Positions 1 to 10,344 of a DNA stretch of 64,000 nucleotides are shown in pieces (within the stretch, counting starts at the first letter, position 1; the number at the start of each line of letters is the position of its first letter). The stretch comes from Burkholderiales bacterium (lineage in GTDB: Bacteria; Pseudomonadota; Gammaproteobacteria; Burkholderiales; Burkholderiaceae_F): the NCBI GenBank assembly GCA_900290295.1, contig OMSW01000112.1:48353-112352 (forward strand). The letters run 5' to 3'. The notes beneath the pieces were generated by a model, which was not told the DNA's origin, did not search any database, and saw only the letters and a list, made by a program, of their open reading frames with translations. The translations under genes were made by a program, and so were the position numbers.

Positions 1-1
1 C

Positions 2-292
2 TTGTACGCGATGTTCTTCCTGGTCCCGATCGCCGGATGGGCATACAGTTCTGCGTCCGGTTTTCCGGTCGTCTGGTTCGGCAAAATTCCGCTCCCGGAC
101 TTCGTTCCGGTAGACAAGGCGCTCGCGCACCTTCTCAAGGAGTTGCATGCGGCTCTTTCCTATGGACTTGCCGCATTGGTCGGCCTACATGTGGCGGCCG
201 CGCTGGAACACCAATTCATAGAACGTGACTCCATCATGCTCAGGATGCTGCCGCCTCGAGAACATCGTTCGGCACCGCAATCGCGCCAATGA
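2..292 (+). CDS. Cytochrome b561 (YceJ-like), 5'-truncated by window edge
   Basis: Hydrophobic helices with conserved His (LHAAL...LHVAAALEHQFIERD...RM); directly upstream of a YceI gene, the usual pairing. Confidence 0.85.
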   Translation: MYAMFFLVPIAGWAYSSASGFPVVWFGKIPLPDFVPVDKALAHLLKELHAALSYGLAALVGLHVAAALEHQFIERDSIMLRMLPPREHRSAPQSRQ

Positions 293-870
293 CAGCCGCC
301 CGCAAAGGCCTTGGCACCATTGGCGTGTGCTTGTTGCTCGGATTTTGCACTGCGATGGCCCGGGCAAACCTGCCCTCGGTCGTTGCGGCGCAGAGCGAAA
401 TCGGCTTCGTCTCGCACCAGATGGGTGTTCCGATTGCGGGAAGCTTTCGAAGCTTCGACGTCCAGATGAGCTTTGATCCGGCGACTCCGCAAAAAGCTCG
501 GCTTGCCATCAGCGTCGACGTGGCAAGCGTGGAGTTGCCCACCGACGACGCGATGCGGGAGGTCGTCAAGCCGGCCTGGTTCGACACCCAGCACTTTCCT
601 CGCGCCGTGTTCGAATCCAGTGCAATCCGCGGCCTGGATCGAGGTCGCTATGAGATCACCGGGAGCCTGACGATCAAGGGACATGCGCGCGAAGTAGTGG
701 TGCCGGTAGTCCTGGTGCAGACCGGCGAGCTGACCTTTGCATCGGGGGCGCTGGTCGTGCACCGCCTCGACTTCTCCATTGGGGAGGGCGATTGGACCGA
801 CACCTCGGTGGTCGACGACGATGTGCAGATCAAATTCCGCCTCGCCTTGAGCGGCATCGGGCCGATCTGA
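289..870 (+). CDS. YceI family periplasmic lipid/polyisoprenoid-binding protein
   Basis: Signal peptide; SEIGF...GSF, WFD...FP.A.F.S, G.LTIKG, R.DF.IG motifs; 4-nt overlap with the upstream gene. Confidence 0.9.
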   Translation: MTAARKGLGTIGVCLLLGFCTAMARANLPSVVAAQSEIGFVSHQMGVPIAGSFRSFDVQMSFDPATPQKARLAISVDVASVELPTDDAMREVVKPAWFDTQHFPRAVFESSAIRGLDRGRYEITGSLTIKGHAREVVVPVVLVQTGELTFASGALVVHRLDFSIGEGDWTDTSVVDDDVQIKFRLALSGIGPI

Positions 871-901
871 ACCGGATCGCGGGACGCTGCAGCGAGCGCC
901 G

Positions 902-1114
902 CTAGCGAACTCTTCGGGCGGGATATTCCTCCTCGATGTTGTCTTTGTAAAAGCTGGCCGGCGCTGCGCTGGTCAGGAAGCGGCGCGCTATCTCCTCCCC
1001 GACGCCGCTGTGGCGCACGATTGCGCCCGAGTCGAGCTCGATTTCGAGTTCCCGGCTGTTGCGATCGTATCCGGCGGAGCGTATGCCTCCGCGACGCACG
1101 ATTTTTCGTTCCAT
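902..1114 (-). CDS. KTSC domain protein
   Basis: 70 aa; IRSAGYD...LEIE...G...FL.S...SFY..NI pattern of KTSC. Confidence 0.8.
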   Translation of the reverse strand: MERKIVRRGGIRSAGYDRNSRELEIELDSGAIVRHSGVGEEIARRFLTSAAPASFYKDNIEEEYPARRVR

Positions 1115-1136
1115 GGTAGCGAGCCCTTGGAAAGGA

Positions 1137-2660
1137 TCAGTGTTGCTTGGGAAGGCCCAGCTCGCCCCAAATCGTATCGATGCGCGTCTTCACCGCTTCG
1201 CTCATCCGGATGCGCCGACCCCACGTTCGGGCGGTTTCCCCGGGCAACTTGTTGGTTGCGTCGATCCCCATCTTGCTGCCGAGTCCGGCGACCGGGCTCG
1301 CGAAATCCAGGTAATCAATTGGCGTATTGTCGACCAGAAGGGTGTCGCGCAGGGGGTCAACCCGCGTGCTCACGGCCCAGATCACGTCCGGCCAGCTGCG
1401 CACGTCGATGTCGTCGTCCACGATCAGAACGAACTTCGTATACATGAACTGGCGCAGGAAGCTCCATATGCCGAACATGATGCGCCGCGCGTGTCCGGGA
1501 TATTGCTTGCGCACAGAGACGATTGCCAGGCGGTAGCTGCATCCTTCGGGCGGCAGGTAAAAATCGACGACTTCCGGGAAGGCGCGCTGGAGAACCGGCA
1601 CGAAGACCTCGTTGAGCGCCGCGCCCAGTACCGACGGCTCGTCGGGCGGGCGCCCGGTATGGGTCGAAAGGTACATGGGATCGCGGCGCATCGTGATTCT
1701 CTCAACGGTGAAAACCGGGAAGCGCTCCGTCTCGTTGTAATAGCCGGTATGGTCCCCGAACGGCCCCTCCACCGCGGTTTCAAATCCGCTGTTGATGGCG
1801 CTGATCTTGCCGCCGGCGTTTGCCGGGTCGGGCAGGACGTGCCCCTCCAGGACGATTTCGGCGCGGGCCGGGACGTGCAGGGAACTGCCCAGGCAGGGGG
1901 CAATCTCGGTGCGTGAGCCTCGCAATAGGCCGGCGAACTGATACTCCGACAGCTGGTCCGGAACCGGCGTTACCGCGCCCAAGATGGTTGCCGGATCGGC
2001 ACCGAGGGCGACGGCGATCGGGAAGGGCTGATCTGCGCGGGCCAGCCGATGATCGCGAAAGTCGAGGGCGCCACCGCGGTGCGACAGCCAGCGCATCACA
2101 AGCTTGTTAGGACCGATGACTTGCTGCCGGTAGATTCCGAGATTTTGCCGGGACTTGTGGGGACCCCGGGTAATAACGATGCCCCAAGTAATCAAAGGCC
2201 CCGCGTCTTCCGGCCAGCACTGCTGTATCGGCAACTTGCCCAGGTCGACATCGGCGCCCTCCCAGACAACATCCTGACAGCTGGGCCCCCGGACCCGGCG
2301 CGGGGACATGTCCCACAGCGCCGACTTGAGCAGGCTGACCTTGGACATGGCGTCCCGTAGGCCGGCCGGGGGCTCCGGCTCTTTTAAGTTTGCCAGCAAC
2401 TCGCCCACTTGCCGAAGTTCTGCGATGGATTCGACTCCCATGGCGAGGGCGACTCGCCGCTGCGTCCCGAAAACGTTGGCTACGACGGGAATGGAGAATC
2501 CGCAAGGCTGCTCGAACACTACCGCCGGCCCGCCCTGCTCGAGCAGGCGCTGGCAAATCTCGGTCATTTCCAATTTTGGGGATACTTGGTGCGAAATGCG
2601 ATGAAGATCTCTCATCCTCTCTAAATTGTTTAAAAAATCTCGTAAATCCGTGTATTTCAT
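1137..2660 (-). CDS. ubiD: 4-hydroxy-3-polyprenylbenzoate decarboxylase
   Basis: Starts [10 protein letters not shown]; [29 protein letters not shown] motifs; start reassigned to ATG 2660. Confidence 0.95.
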   Translation of the reverse strand: MKYTDLRDFLNNLERMRDLHRISHQVSPKLEMTEICQRLLEQGGPAVVFEQPCGFSIPVVANVFGTQRRVALAMGVESIAELRQVGELLANLKEPEPPAGLRDAMSKVSLLKSALWDMSPRRVRGPSCQDVVWEGADVDLGKLPIQQCWPEDAGPLITWGIVITRGPHKSRQNLGIYRQQVIGPNKLVMRWLSHRGGALDFRDHRLARADQPFPIAVALGADPATILGAVTPVPDQLSEYQFAGLLRGSRTEIAPCLGSSLHVPARAEIVLEGHVLPDPANAGGKISAINSGFETAVEGPFGDHTGYYNETERFPVFTVERITMRRDPMYLSTHTGRPPDEPSVLGAALNEVFVPVLQRAFPEVVDFYLPPEGCSYRLAIVSVRKQYPGHARRIMFGIWSFLRQFMYTKFVLIVDDDIDVRSWPDVIWAVSTRVDPLRDTLLVDNTPIDYLDFASPVAGLGSKMGIDATNKLPGETARTWGRRIRMSEAVKTRIDTIWGELGLPKQH

Positions 2661-2731
2661 TGAGAAATTTCCACTCTGCGAGAACCCGATGCAGTGCGTG
2701 CGAGCACTCACCAATATTATCGACAATTACA

Positions 2732-2744
2732 TAACTGTTTGATA
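2732..2744 (-). promoter_or_regulatory. IHF binding site
   Basis: Minus strand TATCAAACAGTTA is an exact WATCAANNNNTTR match with an adjacent A/T tract, ~40 bp upstream of a sigma54 motif. Confidence 0.65.
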
Positions 2745-2784
2745 AAAAAAGAGATTCAAATTAGCTCAGCGCAAATGCAAGAGT

Positions 2785-2800
2785 TGGCACATAGATTGCT
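2785..2800 (+). promoter_or_regulatory. Sigma54 (-24/-12) promoter
   Basis: TGGCAC-ATAGA-TTGCT, exact consensus spacing, facing the SLT gene. Confidence 0.7.
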
Positions 2801-2836
2801 CCAGTTCGTCATTTCGGCATTTGCCACGAATTTCCA

Positions 2837-2864
2837 TTGACGGCTATGCGCTAAGCCCTACAAT
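2837..2864 (+). promoter_or_regulatory. Sigma70 promoter
   Basis: TTGACG-16 bp-TACAAT. Confidence 0.6.
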
Positions 2865-3126
2865 CCATCTCATTCGGCTTTCCCTCGGCATTGGCCGCAC
2901 CGGTGCGGCGCTTCAAAATCTCTGCCGCGTTGAAAGGAAAGCCTGGCGCTCGGTGTTTACTAGTTAGTCCCGAGTATCGCCCTTATTGCTCTGCGGTCGG
3001 CGCCATTGTTGCGCCAGACGCAAAGCGGCCTGCCTGCAGCAGTGGTGGTGCCCAGCAGTCGATTTCCCGTATGCAAAGACTCACTTATTTTTCGAGTCAA
3101 TAAAATTCGGTTGGGAGAGGATCACC

Positions 3127-4008
3127 ATGGTCGAAACCAACGTTGTAGTCGCAAACCCAGATCCTGTGGACATTCGAAGGCACAGTGCTTCCCGGCTGCG
3201 CGCGGACGTCGTTCGCTCGCTGGCTGGCGCAACCCGTGCAGCGCTAGAAGCAATCGGTTTGGCCAGCGTGGTCACGCTGGTGGCCCTTGTGGCGGTACCG
3301 GGTCTGCGCGCTCCGGCGGCCCAAGTTGGCGCCAGCATCTGGGCCAGTATGGGCGGCGCGGCGCTCGAGGAGCCATCCGCCAGCGATGCGGATTCGGACG
3401 AGCCCGAGGGTCCCAAGATCGGTCGGCGGGTTGTCCTGGAACCAGCCGATAACAACGCTGCACTGTACCTGGCGCGGCGCTATCACGTCGCCGACGAAGC
3501 CGTACGGGTAATGGTCGCGGCTGCGCACGCAGCGGGGAAGGAGTGGCAAATTGATCCGCTGTTGATCCTGTCGGTGGTTGCAGTCGAGTCGAGCATGAAT
3601 CCATTCGCGCAAAGCCCGGTGGGTGCAACCGGACTGATGCAGGTGATGCCGGACCTGCACGGGGGCAAATTCGTCGACCGAGGCGACACCGGTGCTCTTG
3701 ATCCGGTCGCCAACATCCAGGTCGGATCGCAGATATTGAGCCAGGTAATCCGACGCGGCGGCTCGGTCGAGCGGGGATTGCAGCTTTACGTCGGCGCCGG
3801 GAACTTGGCCGACGATGGCGGCTACGCCAATCGCGTCCTGAGCGAGCTCGGGCGCCTCAAGCTCGCCGCCTCGGGTTCCGTCGCCGCGGCGCTTGCCGCT
3901 GGATTGCGCTCCGATACGCGCGGAGGCAGCGACAGCGCGGAGTCCATGACCAGCAGCGCGCCGGCGGAAATGCCGACGACGCTGGTGCGCAAGGAACACA
4001 CCGCTTAA
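3127..4008 (+). CDS. Lytic transglycosylase (SLT domain) with N-terminal membrane anchor
   Basis: DPLLILSVVAVESSMNP, GATGLMQV, DPVANIQVG motifs; RBS GGGAGAGG before ATG 3127. Confidence 0.9.
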   Translation: MVETNVVVANPDPVDIRRHSASRLRADVVRSLAGATRAALEAIGLASVVTLVALVAVPGLRAPAAQVGASIWASMGGAALEEPSASDADSDEPEGPKIGRRVVLEPADNNAALYLARRYHVADEAVRVMVAAAHAAGKEWQIDPLLILSVVAVESSMNPFAQSPVGATGLMQVMPDLHGGKFVDRGDTGALDPVANIQVGSQILSQVIRRGGSVERGLQLYVGAGNLADDGGYANRVLSELGRLKLAASGSVAAALAAGLRSDTRGGSDSAESMTSSAPAEMPTTLVRKEHTA

Positions 4009-4092
4009 CCCGTACCAAGGTTCGGTTTCCCCAGCCGCCCTGTCCGGGCGCGATGCCTTTGCCCCTGGTCGTGCCGGCTCTTTGTCGCGGGC

Positions 4093-4207
4093 AAAAAAAA
4101 GAGCCTGTCGACCGAGCGCACCCTTAATCGGCTGAGGAGGGAGGGAGGAGAGGCACCGAGTAGAGGGTCTGCGCGCTCAGGCTATAGGACAGGCTCTGAA
4201 GAGCAGT
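4093..4207 (-). ncRNA. Putative small RNA: long hairpin with C/U-rich anti-SD loop and poly-U tail (resembles Betaproteobacteria toxic sRNA class)
   Basis: Minus strand AGAGCCTGTC...GACAGGCTCT outer stem, nested GAGCGC/GCGCTC, ACCCT/AGGGT and TCGG/CCGA stems, loop CCTCTCCTCCCTCCCTCCT, then T8; own promoter upstream. Confidence 0.7.
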
Positions 4208-4212
4208 GACCA

Positions 4213-4242
4213 AATATATCGTTCCAGCAAGGTCAACGTCAA
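4213..4242 (-). promoter_or_regulatory. Sigma70 promoter of the putative sRNA
   Basis: Minus strand TTGACG (4242-4237)-18 bp-TATATT (4218-4213). Confidence 0.6.
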
Positions 4243-4453
4243 CTTTTGTCCACGACAAAAGCGCCATTTGCATGAACAAAATGCCGGCGCGAAGTCCGCC
4301 TGCGGCGTCCTGCCCAACCGTGTGCCCGTCGTTGCCGACCCGAAAGGCCCGCTGCTTGCCTGGCGCTGGACATTTGCTCGCCTCAGCGCTGCTGGGCTGC
4401 ACGCGCGCGCACGGACGGGTCGATAATTGCCGCTTTCACAGAGTGATCGAGCC

Positions 4454-6754
4454 ATGCCCACGTCGCCCAACGCCGAACTACGCAGTGCCGCGCTCGAGTA
4501 CCACGAATTTCCGCAGCCCGGGAAAATATCGATAACCCCGACGAAACAGCTGGTCAACCAGCGTGATCTGGCGCTCGCGTACTCGCCGGGGGTCGCCCAC
4601 GCTTGCGAGGCGATTGTCAACGATCCGAGCACGGTGGCGCGATACACGGCGCGCGCCAATTTGGTGGGTGTGATCACCAACGGAACGGCGGTTCTCGGCC
4701 TGGGTGCGATCGGGCCGTTGGCAGCCAAGCCGGTGATGGAAGGCAAGGCGGTGCTGTTCAAGAAATTTGCCGGGATCGACGTTTTCGATATCGAGATCAA
4801 CGAGAAGGATCCGGACCGCCTGGTGGAGATCATCGCGGCGCTCGAGCCGACCTTCGGGGCCATCAACCTGGAGGACATCAAGGCTCCGGAGTGCTTCCGG
4901 GTTGAGCGGCGCCTGCGCGAGCGCATGCGGATCCCGGTCTTCCATGACGATCAGCACGGCACGGCGATCATTGTGGGCGCGGCGGTATTGAATGGCTTAA
5001 AGCTCGTTGGCAAGTCGCTGTCGAGCGTCAAGCTCGTTTGCAGCGGGGCCGGCGCCGCTGCGCTGGCCTGCCTAGAGCTCCTGATCGAGCTCGGATTACC
5101 GCGAAAGAATGTCTGGGTCGCCGACATCGAAGGCGTCGTGTTCCAGGGGCGAACCAAGCTGATGGATGAGGACAAGGCGCGTTTCGCCCAGTCTACCGAT
5201 GCCCGCACCCTTGCCGATCTGATGACCGGCGCAGACATCTTTCTCGGCCTTTCGGCGGGCGGGGTGTGCACCGGCGAGATGGTGCGCTCGATGGCGCCGG
5301 ATCCGCTCATCCTGGCGCTGGCAAATCCCACGCCGGAGATCCTGCCGGAGCAGGTCAAGGCGGTGCGCGACGACGCGCTCATCGCGACGGGGCGCTCTGA
5401 CTACCCGAACCAGGTCAACAACGTACTTTGTTTTCCTTTTATTTTTCGCGGTGCGCTCGACGTGGGAGCCACGACGATTACGCGAGAAATGGAGATCGCG
5501 GCGGTTCATGCGATCGCCCAACTGGCGCAGGAGGAGACCAGCGACGAGGTCGCTACTGCGTATGGAGTCAGCAATCTGAGCTTCGGACCCGATTGCATTA
5601 TTCCCAAGCCCTTTGATCCTCGCCTGATGCTGCGCATCGCGCCGGCGGTTGCGCAGGCCGCGATGCGCAGCGGCGTAGCGACCCGACCGCTGGCCGACTA
5701 CGACGCATACCACGCGCAGCTGCAGCAGTTCGTCTATCACTCCGGCACCTTCATGAAACCGATCTTCGCAATCGCGAAGAAGGCCCATGCCAGCGGCGGT
5801 GCGGACCGGGTGGTGTTTGCCGAAGGTGAAGACGAACGGGTGCTGCGCGCCGTGCAGGTGATCGTCGACGAATCCGTTGCGCGCCCAATCTTGATCGGGC
5901 GGCCGGCCGTCATCGAACGGCGTCTGGAGCGTTTTGGTCTGCGCATGCGCGCCGGCACCGACCTGGAAATCGTCAACCCCGAGTCCGATCCGCGCTACCG
6001 CCAGTATTGCCAGACGTATCACCGCATGACGGAACGCCGCGGCGTCACGGAACAGTACGCGCGCATCGAGATGCGTCGTCGGCACACGCTGATCGGGGCC
6101 ATGCTCATTCACCACGGCGATGCCGACGCGATGATTTGCGGCACCTATGGGACCCATGGGATCCACCTGCGCTACCTGGACCAGGTGCTGGGACGGCGCG
6201 CGGGGGCCAAGGTCTATGCGGCAATGAATATATTGATGCTGCCCGGGCGCCAAATTGCGCTCGTTGATACCCACGTCAATGTTGATCCCAGTGCCGAGGA
6301 GATCGCCGAAATCACGATCAACGCCGCCGAGGAACTCCGGCGACTGGGCATTTCCCCGCGCGCCGCGCTGCTGTCGCATTCCAATTTTGGTACCAGCGAT
6401 GCTCCCTCCGCGGCCAAGATGCGGCGCGCGCTGGATCTGATTCGCGATCTCGCGCCGCAGCTCGAAATCGATGGCGAAATGCATGCGGACTGCGCCGTCC
6501 AGGCCGAACTTCGCAAGTCGATCATGCCGCACTCGACCCTGAAGGGCGACGCGAATCTGCTGGTATGTCCCGGCATCGACGCGGCCAACATCAGCTATAA
6601 CCTGTTGAAAACGATCTCGGGCAACAATATTGCCGTTGGTCCTATTTTGCTTGGCGCGGCAAGGCCGGTGCACATCCTGACCCCTTCGGCGACGGTGCGC
6701 CGGATCGTGAACATGGCAGCCTTGGTGGTTGTGGACGCCAGCTCGCAGCGCTAG
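4454..6754 (+). CDS. maeB: NADP-dependent malic enzyme with C-terminal phosphotransacetylase-like domain
   Basis: [45 protein letters not shown]; C-terminal FAEGED...LLSHSNFG domain. Confidence 0.95.
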   Translation: MPTSPNAELRSAALEYHEFPQPGKISITPTKQLVNQRDLALAYSPGVAHACEAIVNDPSTVARYTARANLVGVITNGTAVLGLGAIGPLAAKPVMEGKAVLFKKFAGIDVFDIEINEKDPDRLVEIIAALEPTFGAINLEDIKAPECFRVERRLRERMRIPVFHDDQHGTAIIVGAAVLNGLKLVGKSLSSVKLVCSGAGAAALACLELLIELGLPRKNVWVADIEGVVFQGRTKLMDEDKARFAQSTDARTLADLMTGADIFLGLSAGGVCTGEMVRSMAPDPLILALANPTPEILPEQVKAVRDDALIATGRSDYPNQVNNVLCFPFIFRGALDVGATTITREMEIAAVHAIAQLAQEETSDEVATAYGVSNLSFGPDCIIPKPFDPRLMLRIAPAVAQAAMRSGVATRPLADYDAYHAQLQQFVYHSGTFMKPIFAIAKKAHASGGADRVVFAEGEDERVLRAVQVIVDESVARPILIGRPAVIERRLERFGLRMRAGTDLEIVNPESDPRYRQYCQTYHRMTERRGVTEQYARIEMRRRHTLIGAMLIHHGDADAMICGTYGTHGIHLRYLDQVLGRRAGAKVYAAMNILMLPGRQIALVDTHVNVDPSAEEIAEITINAAEELRRLGISPRAALLSHSNFGTSDAPSAAKMRRALDLIRDLAPQLEIDGEMHADCAVQAELRKSIMPHSTLKGDANLLVCPGIDAANISYNLLKTISGNNIAVGPILLGAARPVHILTPSATVRRIVNMAALVVVDASSQR

Positions 6755-6788
6755 CTCGAATGCCGGCTATTGCGAAGACGGCCCATCG

Positions 6789-8063
6789 ATGAGCGAGCGC
6801 TTTCCCGATCGGCTGCGGCTGCGCACGTCGCCGGCTGCCCTGATCCTCATGGGCGGTGGCGCGCGTGCGGCCTACCAGGTCGGCGTCCTGAAGGCTGTGG
6901 CTGCGCTCTTGCGCGATGCACGCCGGGGCATGGACCCGGGTATCGCCCAGGGACACAACCCGTTCCCCATTCTCGTGGGAACCTCAGCCGGTGCCGTCAA
7001 TGCAACGGCCCTGGCGAGCCGGTCGGACAACTTTCAGGACGCCGTCGCGCAGCTGGTCGCGGTCTGGGAGAATTTCCACGCGGAGCAGGTGTACCGCTCG
7101 GACATGTACGGCGTCATGCGAACCGGTGCCCGCTGGCTGTCGCTGCTTTCCATCGGCTGGATCGTCCGGCGCTCGTTGCGGGCGCGCCCCAGGTCGCTGC
7201 TGGACAATGAACCCTTGCGTGACCTGCTGAGCCGGCTCATCGATTTTTCGCGGATCGATCTGGCACTCGAGCGCGGCCACTTGCGCGCACTCGCCGTGGG
7301 TGCGTCGAGCTACAGCTCCGGGCGACACGTAACGTTCTACCAGTCGCTGTCCGACCACGCATTCCCGAGCAAACTGCAACGGGTCTCCGTCCGTGCCAAG
7401 ATTGGCGTGCCGCATCTGCTGGCTTCCGCGGCGATCCCGTTTATTTTCCCGGCCGTACCGCTGGACCTGTCCGATTCCTTGACCGGAGGGGTCGAGTATT
7501 TCGGCGACGGGTCAATGCGTCAGCTCTCGCCGACCAGCCCGGCGATCCATCTCGGCGCCGAGCGCATTCTGGTCATCGGCGTTGGGCAGACGGGAAATCC
7601 CGGCGTCCTGCCCAATTTCGATGCCGCGGCCTATCCCTCGCTGGCCCAGGTCGCCGGGCATGCGCTTTCAACGATTTTTCTCGACGCGCTGGCGACCGAC
7701 GTGGAGCGCCTGGAAAAGATGAATCAGGTCGTGGAGACCATGGCGCCGCATGCGCGCCGCGCTGCTGGCCTGCGAGCGCTCGAGACATTGACGATCTCCC
7801 CCAGTGAACGTATCGACGGCATCGCGATGGAATATATCGGTGTCCTGCCAAGGCCGATCCGCGCGCTTCTCGAGGCAATTGGAACCTATCGCTCCAGCGG
7901 TGCCGGGCTTGCCAGCTATCTGCTATTCGAGCCGCCGTTTACCCGCGCATTGATGGACCTGGGTTATCGCGACACGCTTGCGCGTCGCGACGCGGTGCTG
8001 GCCTTTCTTACCGAGCGGCGCGAACCACAGACGGCCACTGGGTCGCGAGTTGTCGTCGTCTAG
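6789..8063 (+). CDS. Patatin-like phospholipase
   Basis: GGGARAAYQ oxyanion loop, GTSAG nucleophile, FGDGS motif. Confidence 0.9.
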   Translation: MSERFPDRLRLRTSPAALILMGGGARAAYQVGVLKAVAALLRDARRGMDPGIAQGHNPFPILVGTSAGAVNATALASRSDNFQDAVAQLVAVWENFHAEQVYRSDMYGVMRTGARWLSLLSIGWIVRRSLRARPRSLLDNEPLRDLLSRLIDFSRIDLALERGHLRALAVGASSYSSGRHVTFYQSLSDHAFPSKLQRVSVRAKIGVPHLLASAAIPFIFPAVPLDLSDSLTGGVEYFGDGSMRQLSPTSPAIHLGAERILVIGVGQTGNPGVLPNFDAAAYPSLAQVAGHALSTIFLDALATDVERLEKMNQVVETMAPHARRAAGLRALETLTISPSERIDGIAMEYIGVLPRPIRALLEAIGTYRSSGAGLASYLLFEPPFTRALMDLGYRDTLARRDAVLAFLTERREPQTATGSRVVVV

Positions 8064-8084
8064 TGCTCCGCGCGGCGCGTTACG

Positions 8085-8819
8085 CTAGGCAAACTCGCCA
8101 TGGAAGGCGAGCAGCGCACTGATGGCAACCAGACCGGCCGTCTCCGTGCGCAGCACGCGCCGGCCTAGCCTTGCACCGGCATATCTCAGAGAGTGGGCCA
8201 GCGCCAGTTCCTCGGCAGTGAAGCCGCCTTCCGGGCCGACGGCGCAGGTGACCGAGTCGCCGCTGGCGCGGTGCAATCCGGATTGCGCACCGGGGTCGAG
8301 TATCCATCGTGCGCTCGAGTCCTGGGCGGAGCGCAGTGCCGTCTCCAGGTGATCGGAAATCTCGATGCTCGGCAAGCGATTGCGCCCACACTGGCAGCAT
8401 GCGGCCACGGCGATCTCCCGCCATCGCTCCGCGCGCCGTTCGCGACGCGGCCCGCTCAAGCGTACGAGGCTGCGCGCGGCGGGCGCGAGGACGATGCGGT
8501 GGGCACCGAGTTCCACCGCTTTTTCAACCAGCCAATCGAGCTTGTCCTGCGAGCTGAGCGCTTGCACGAGCGTGATTCGTACGAGCGCTTCACGGTCAAC
8601 CGGACCTCCGCGGGTGATGGTGGCGTGGGAACGAGACGCATTCAGCGGGTCGGGGGCAAAAACCGCCTCAAACTCGCTCCCTTTGCCGTCGAAAAGAATC
8701 AACGGATCATTGGCGTGCAGGCGCAGTACCCGTCGTGCGTGGTGGCTGGAAGCCGGTGGCAAAAGAACGCTCGCCCCGACCGCCAGGGCATCGAGCACGA
8801 GAAATCGGGGAACCGCCAT
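8085..8819 (-). CDS. rsmE: 16S rRNA m3U1498 methyltransferase
   Basis: H..RVLR, KAVELG, QCGRN, VGPEGG, LGRRVLRTETA motifs. Confidence 0.95.
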   Translation of the reverse strand: MAVPRFLVLDALAVGASVLLPPASSHHARRVLRLHANDPLILFDGKGSEFEAVFAPDPLNASRSHATITRGGPVDREALVRITLVQALSSQDKLDWLVEKAVELGAHRIVLAPAARSLVRLSGPRRERRAERWREIAVAACCQCGRNRLPSIEISDHLETALRSAQDSSARWILDPGAQSGLHRASGDSVTCAVGPEGGFTAEELALAHSLRYAGARLGRRVLRTETAGLVAISALLAFHGEFA

Positions 8820-9139
8820 CGACCGCAGCGTACTGGAATCGATAACTGCCCTGTGCGTGCGAGACCGCGTTGGCCGTAGGGGGGACTTTGCGGTCCCTAA
8901 TCCGCCTCCATATGACGGAAATCATCGTTACGACTGATAAAATTGCTAGTCTTGCGGCTGATGGCGGGTGTGTCCCTATGGATCGCGAGGCGGCAAGGAG
9001 TTGCGCCCGTGCGGTCGTGCTTGGGGGCTGGCCTGCCGGGGGATTTTTGCCGCACCGATCCTAGGGCAAGAAGGGCGCGAGGACGCAGCCCGGTGAGCCG
9101 GTGCGCGGGCGGGTTAATCAACGGGTGGAGACCCAGATC

Positions 9140-10147
9140 ATGACCATCAAAGTCGCAATCAATGGCTACGGGCGCATCGGCCGCAATGTTCTGCGCGCTC
9201 ATTACGAGGGGGGCAAGAAGCACGATCTGCAGATCGTCGCGATCAACGATCTTGGTGATGCCAAGATCAATGCGCACCTCACGCGCTATGACACGGTGCA
9301 CGGAAAATTTCCGGGCAGCGTCGCCGTTGAAGGCGACGCGCTCGTCGTCAACGGGGACCGGATCCGGGTGCTGTCGATCCGTGATCCCGCAAAACTGCCC
9401 TGGGAGTCAATGCAAGTCGACGTCGTGATGGAATGCACCGGCTTGTTCACGACCAAGGAGAAGGCGGGCGCCCATATCAAGGGTGGTGCCAAGAAGGTCA
9501 TCATTTCGGCTCCCGGCGGCAAGGACGTGGACGCGACCATCGTCTATGGCGTGAATCATTCCGTGCTGAAGCGAGATCACACCGTGATCTCGAATGCATC
9601 GTGTACGACCAATTGTCTGGCGCCACTCGTGCAGCCGCTCCATGAACGCATTGGCCTGGTCAACGGCCTGATGACCACGGTGCATTCGTATACCAATGAC
9701 CAGGTGCTGACCGATGTCTATCATGAAGACCTGCGCCGCGCGCGCTCGGCGACCATGTCGATGATTCCCACAAAGACCGGCGCTGCCGCCGCAGTCGGCC
9801 TGGTGCTGCCGGAACTCAACGGACGGCTGGACGGTTTTGCCATCCGCGTACCCACGATCAATGTCTCTTTGGTCGATCTTTCCTTTATTGCTGCGCGGGA
9901 GACCTCCGTCGAGGAAGTCAATCGCATCCTGCGCGAGGCATCCGAAGGCCCACTGCGCGGCATTCTTTCCTACAACGAGGAGCCGCTGGTTTCGGTCGAT
10001 TTCAACCATAATCCGCACTCGTCGAACTTTGATGCCACGCTTACCAAGGTGTCGGGGCGCCTGGTCAAGGTGAGCAGTTGGTACGACAACGAGTGGGGTT
10101 TCAGCGCTCGCATGCTCGATACGACGGTCGCGCTGATGAAAGCCTGA
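9140..10147 (+). CDS. gap: Type I glyceraldehyde-3-phosphate dehydrogenase
   Basis: [28 protein letters not shown]. Confidence 0.97.
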   Translation: MTIKVAINGYGRIGRNVLRAHYEGGKKHDLQIVAINDLGDAKINAHLTRYDTVHGKFPGSVAVEGDALVVNGDRIRVLSIRDPAKLPWESMQVDVVMECTGLFTTKEKAGAHIKGGAKKVIISAPGGKDVDATIVYGVNHSVLKRDHTVISNASCTTNCLAPLVQPLHERIGLVNGLMTTVHSYTNDQVLTDVYHEDLRRARSATMSMIPTKTGAAAAVGLVLPELNGRLDGFAIRVPTINVSLVDLSFIAARETSVEEVNRILREASEGPLRGILSYNEEPLVSVDFNHNPHSSNFDATLTKVSGRLVKVSSWYDNEWGFSARMLDTTVALMKA

Positions 10148-10344
10148 GGCGGGGGTTCGGATCCGGGCCGGCGCGCGTGTCGCTTGCGTGCGCATGCGTC
10201 AGAAACATGACGGCCCGGACAAATCGCCGTAGCGTGTTGTCACAGATCCTATAATCCCGGGGACTCGTTTCGGCACGGGAAGGGTGCATCTTCCCTGCAC
10301 TGCGGCGGCTGCGGGCGACTTTCCAACCAAGGACGGCATATTCC

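Noticed and set aside
2995-3062. GACGCAAAGC suggesting a c-di-GMP-I riboswitch
   Set aside because: Lacks the upstream GYAAA bulge, the GNRA tetraloop and the receptor stem
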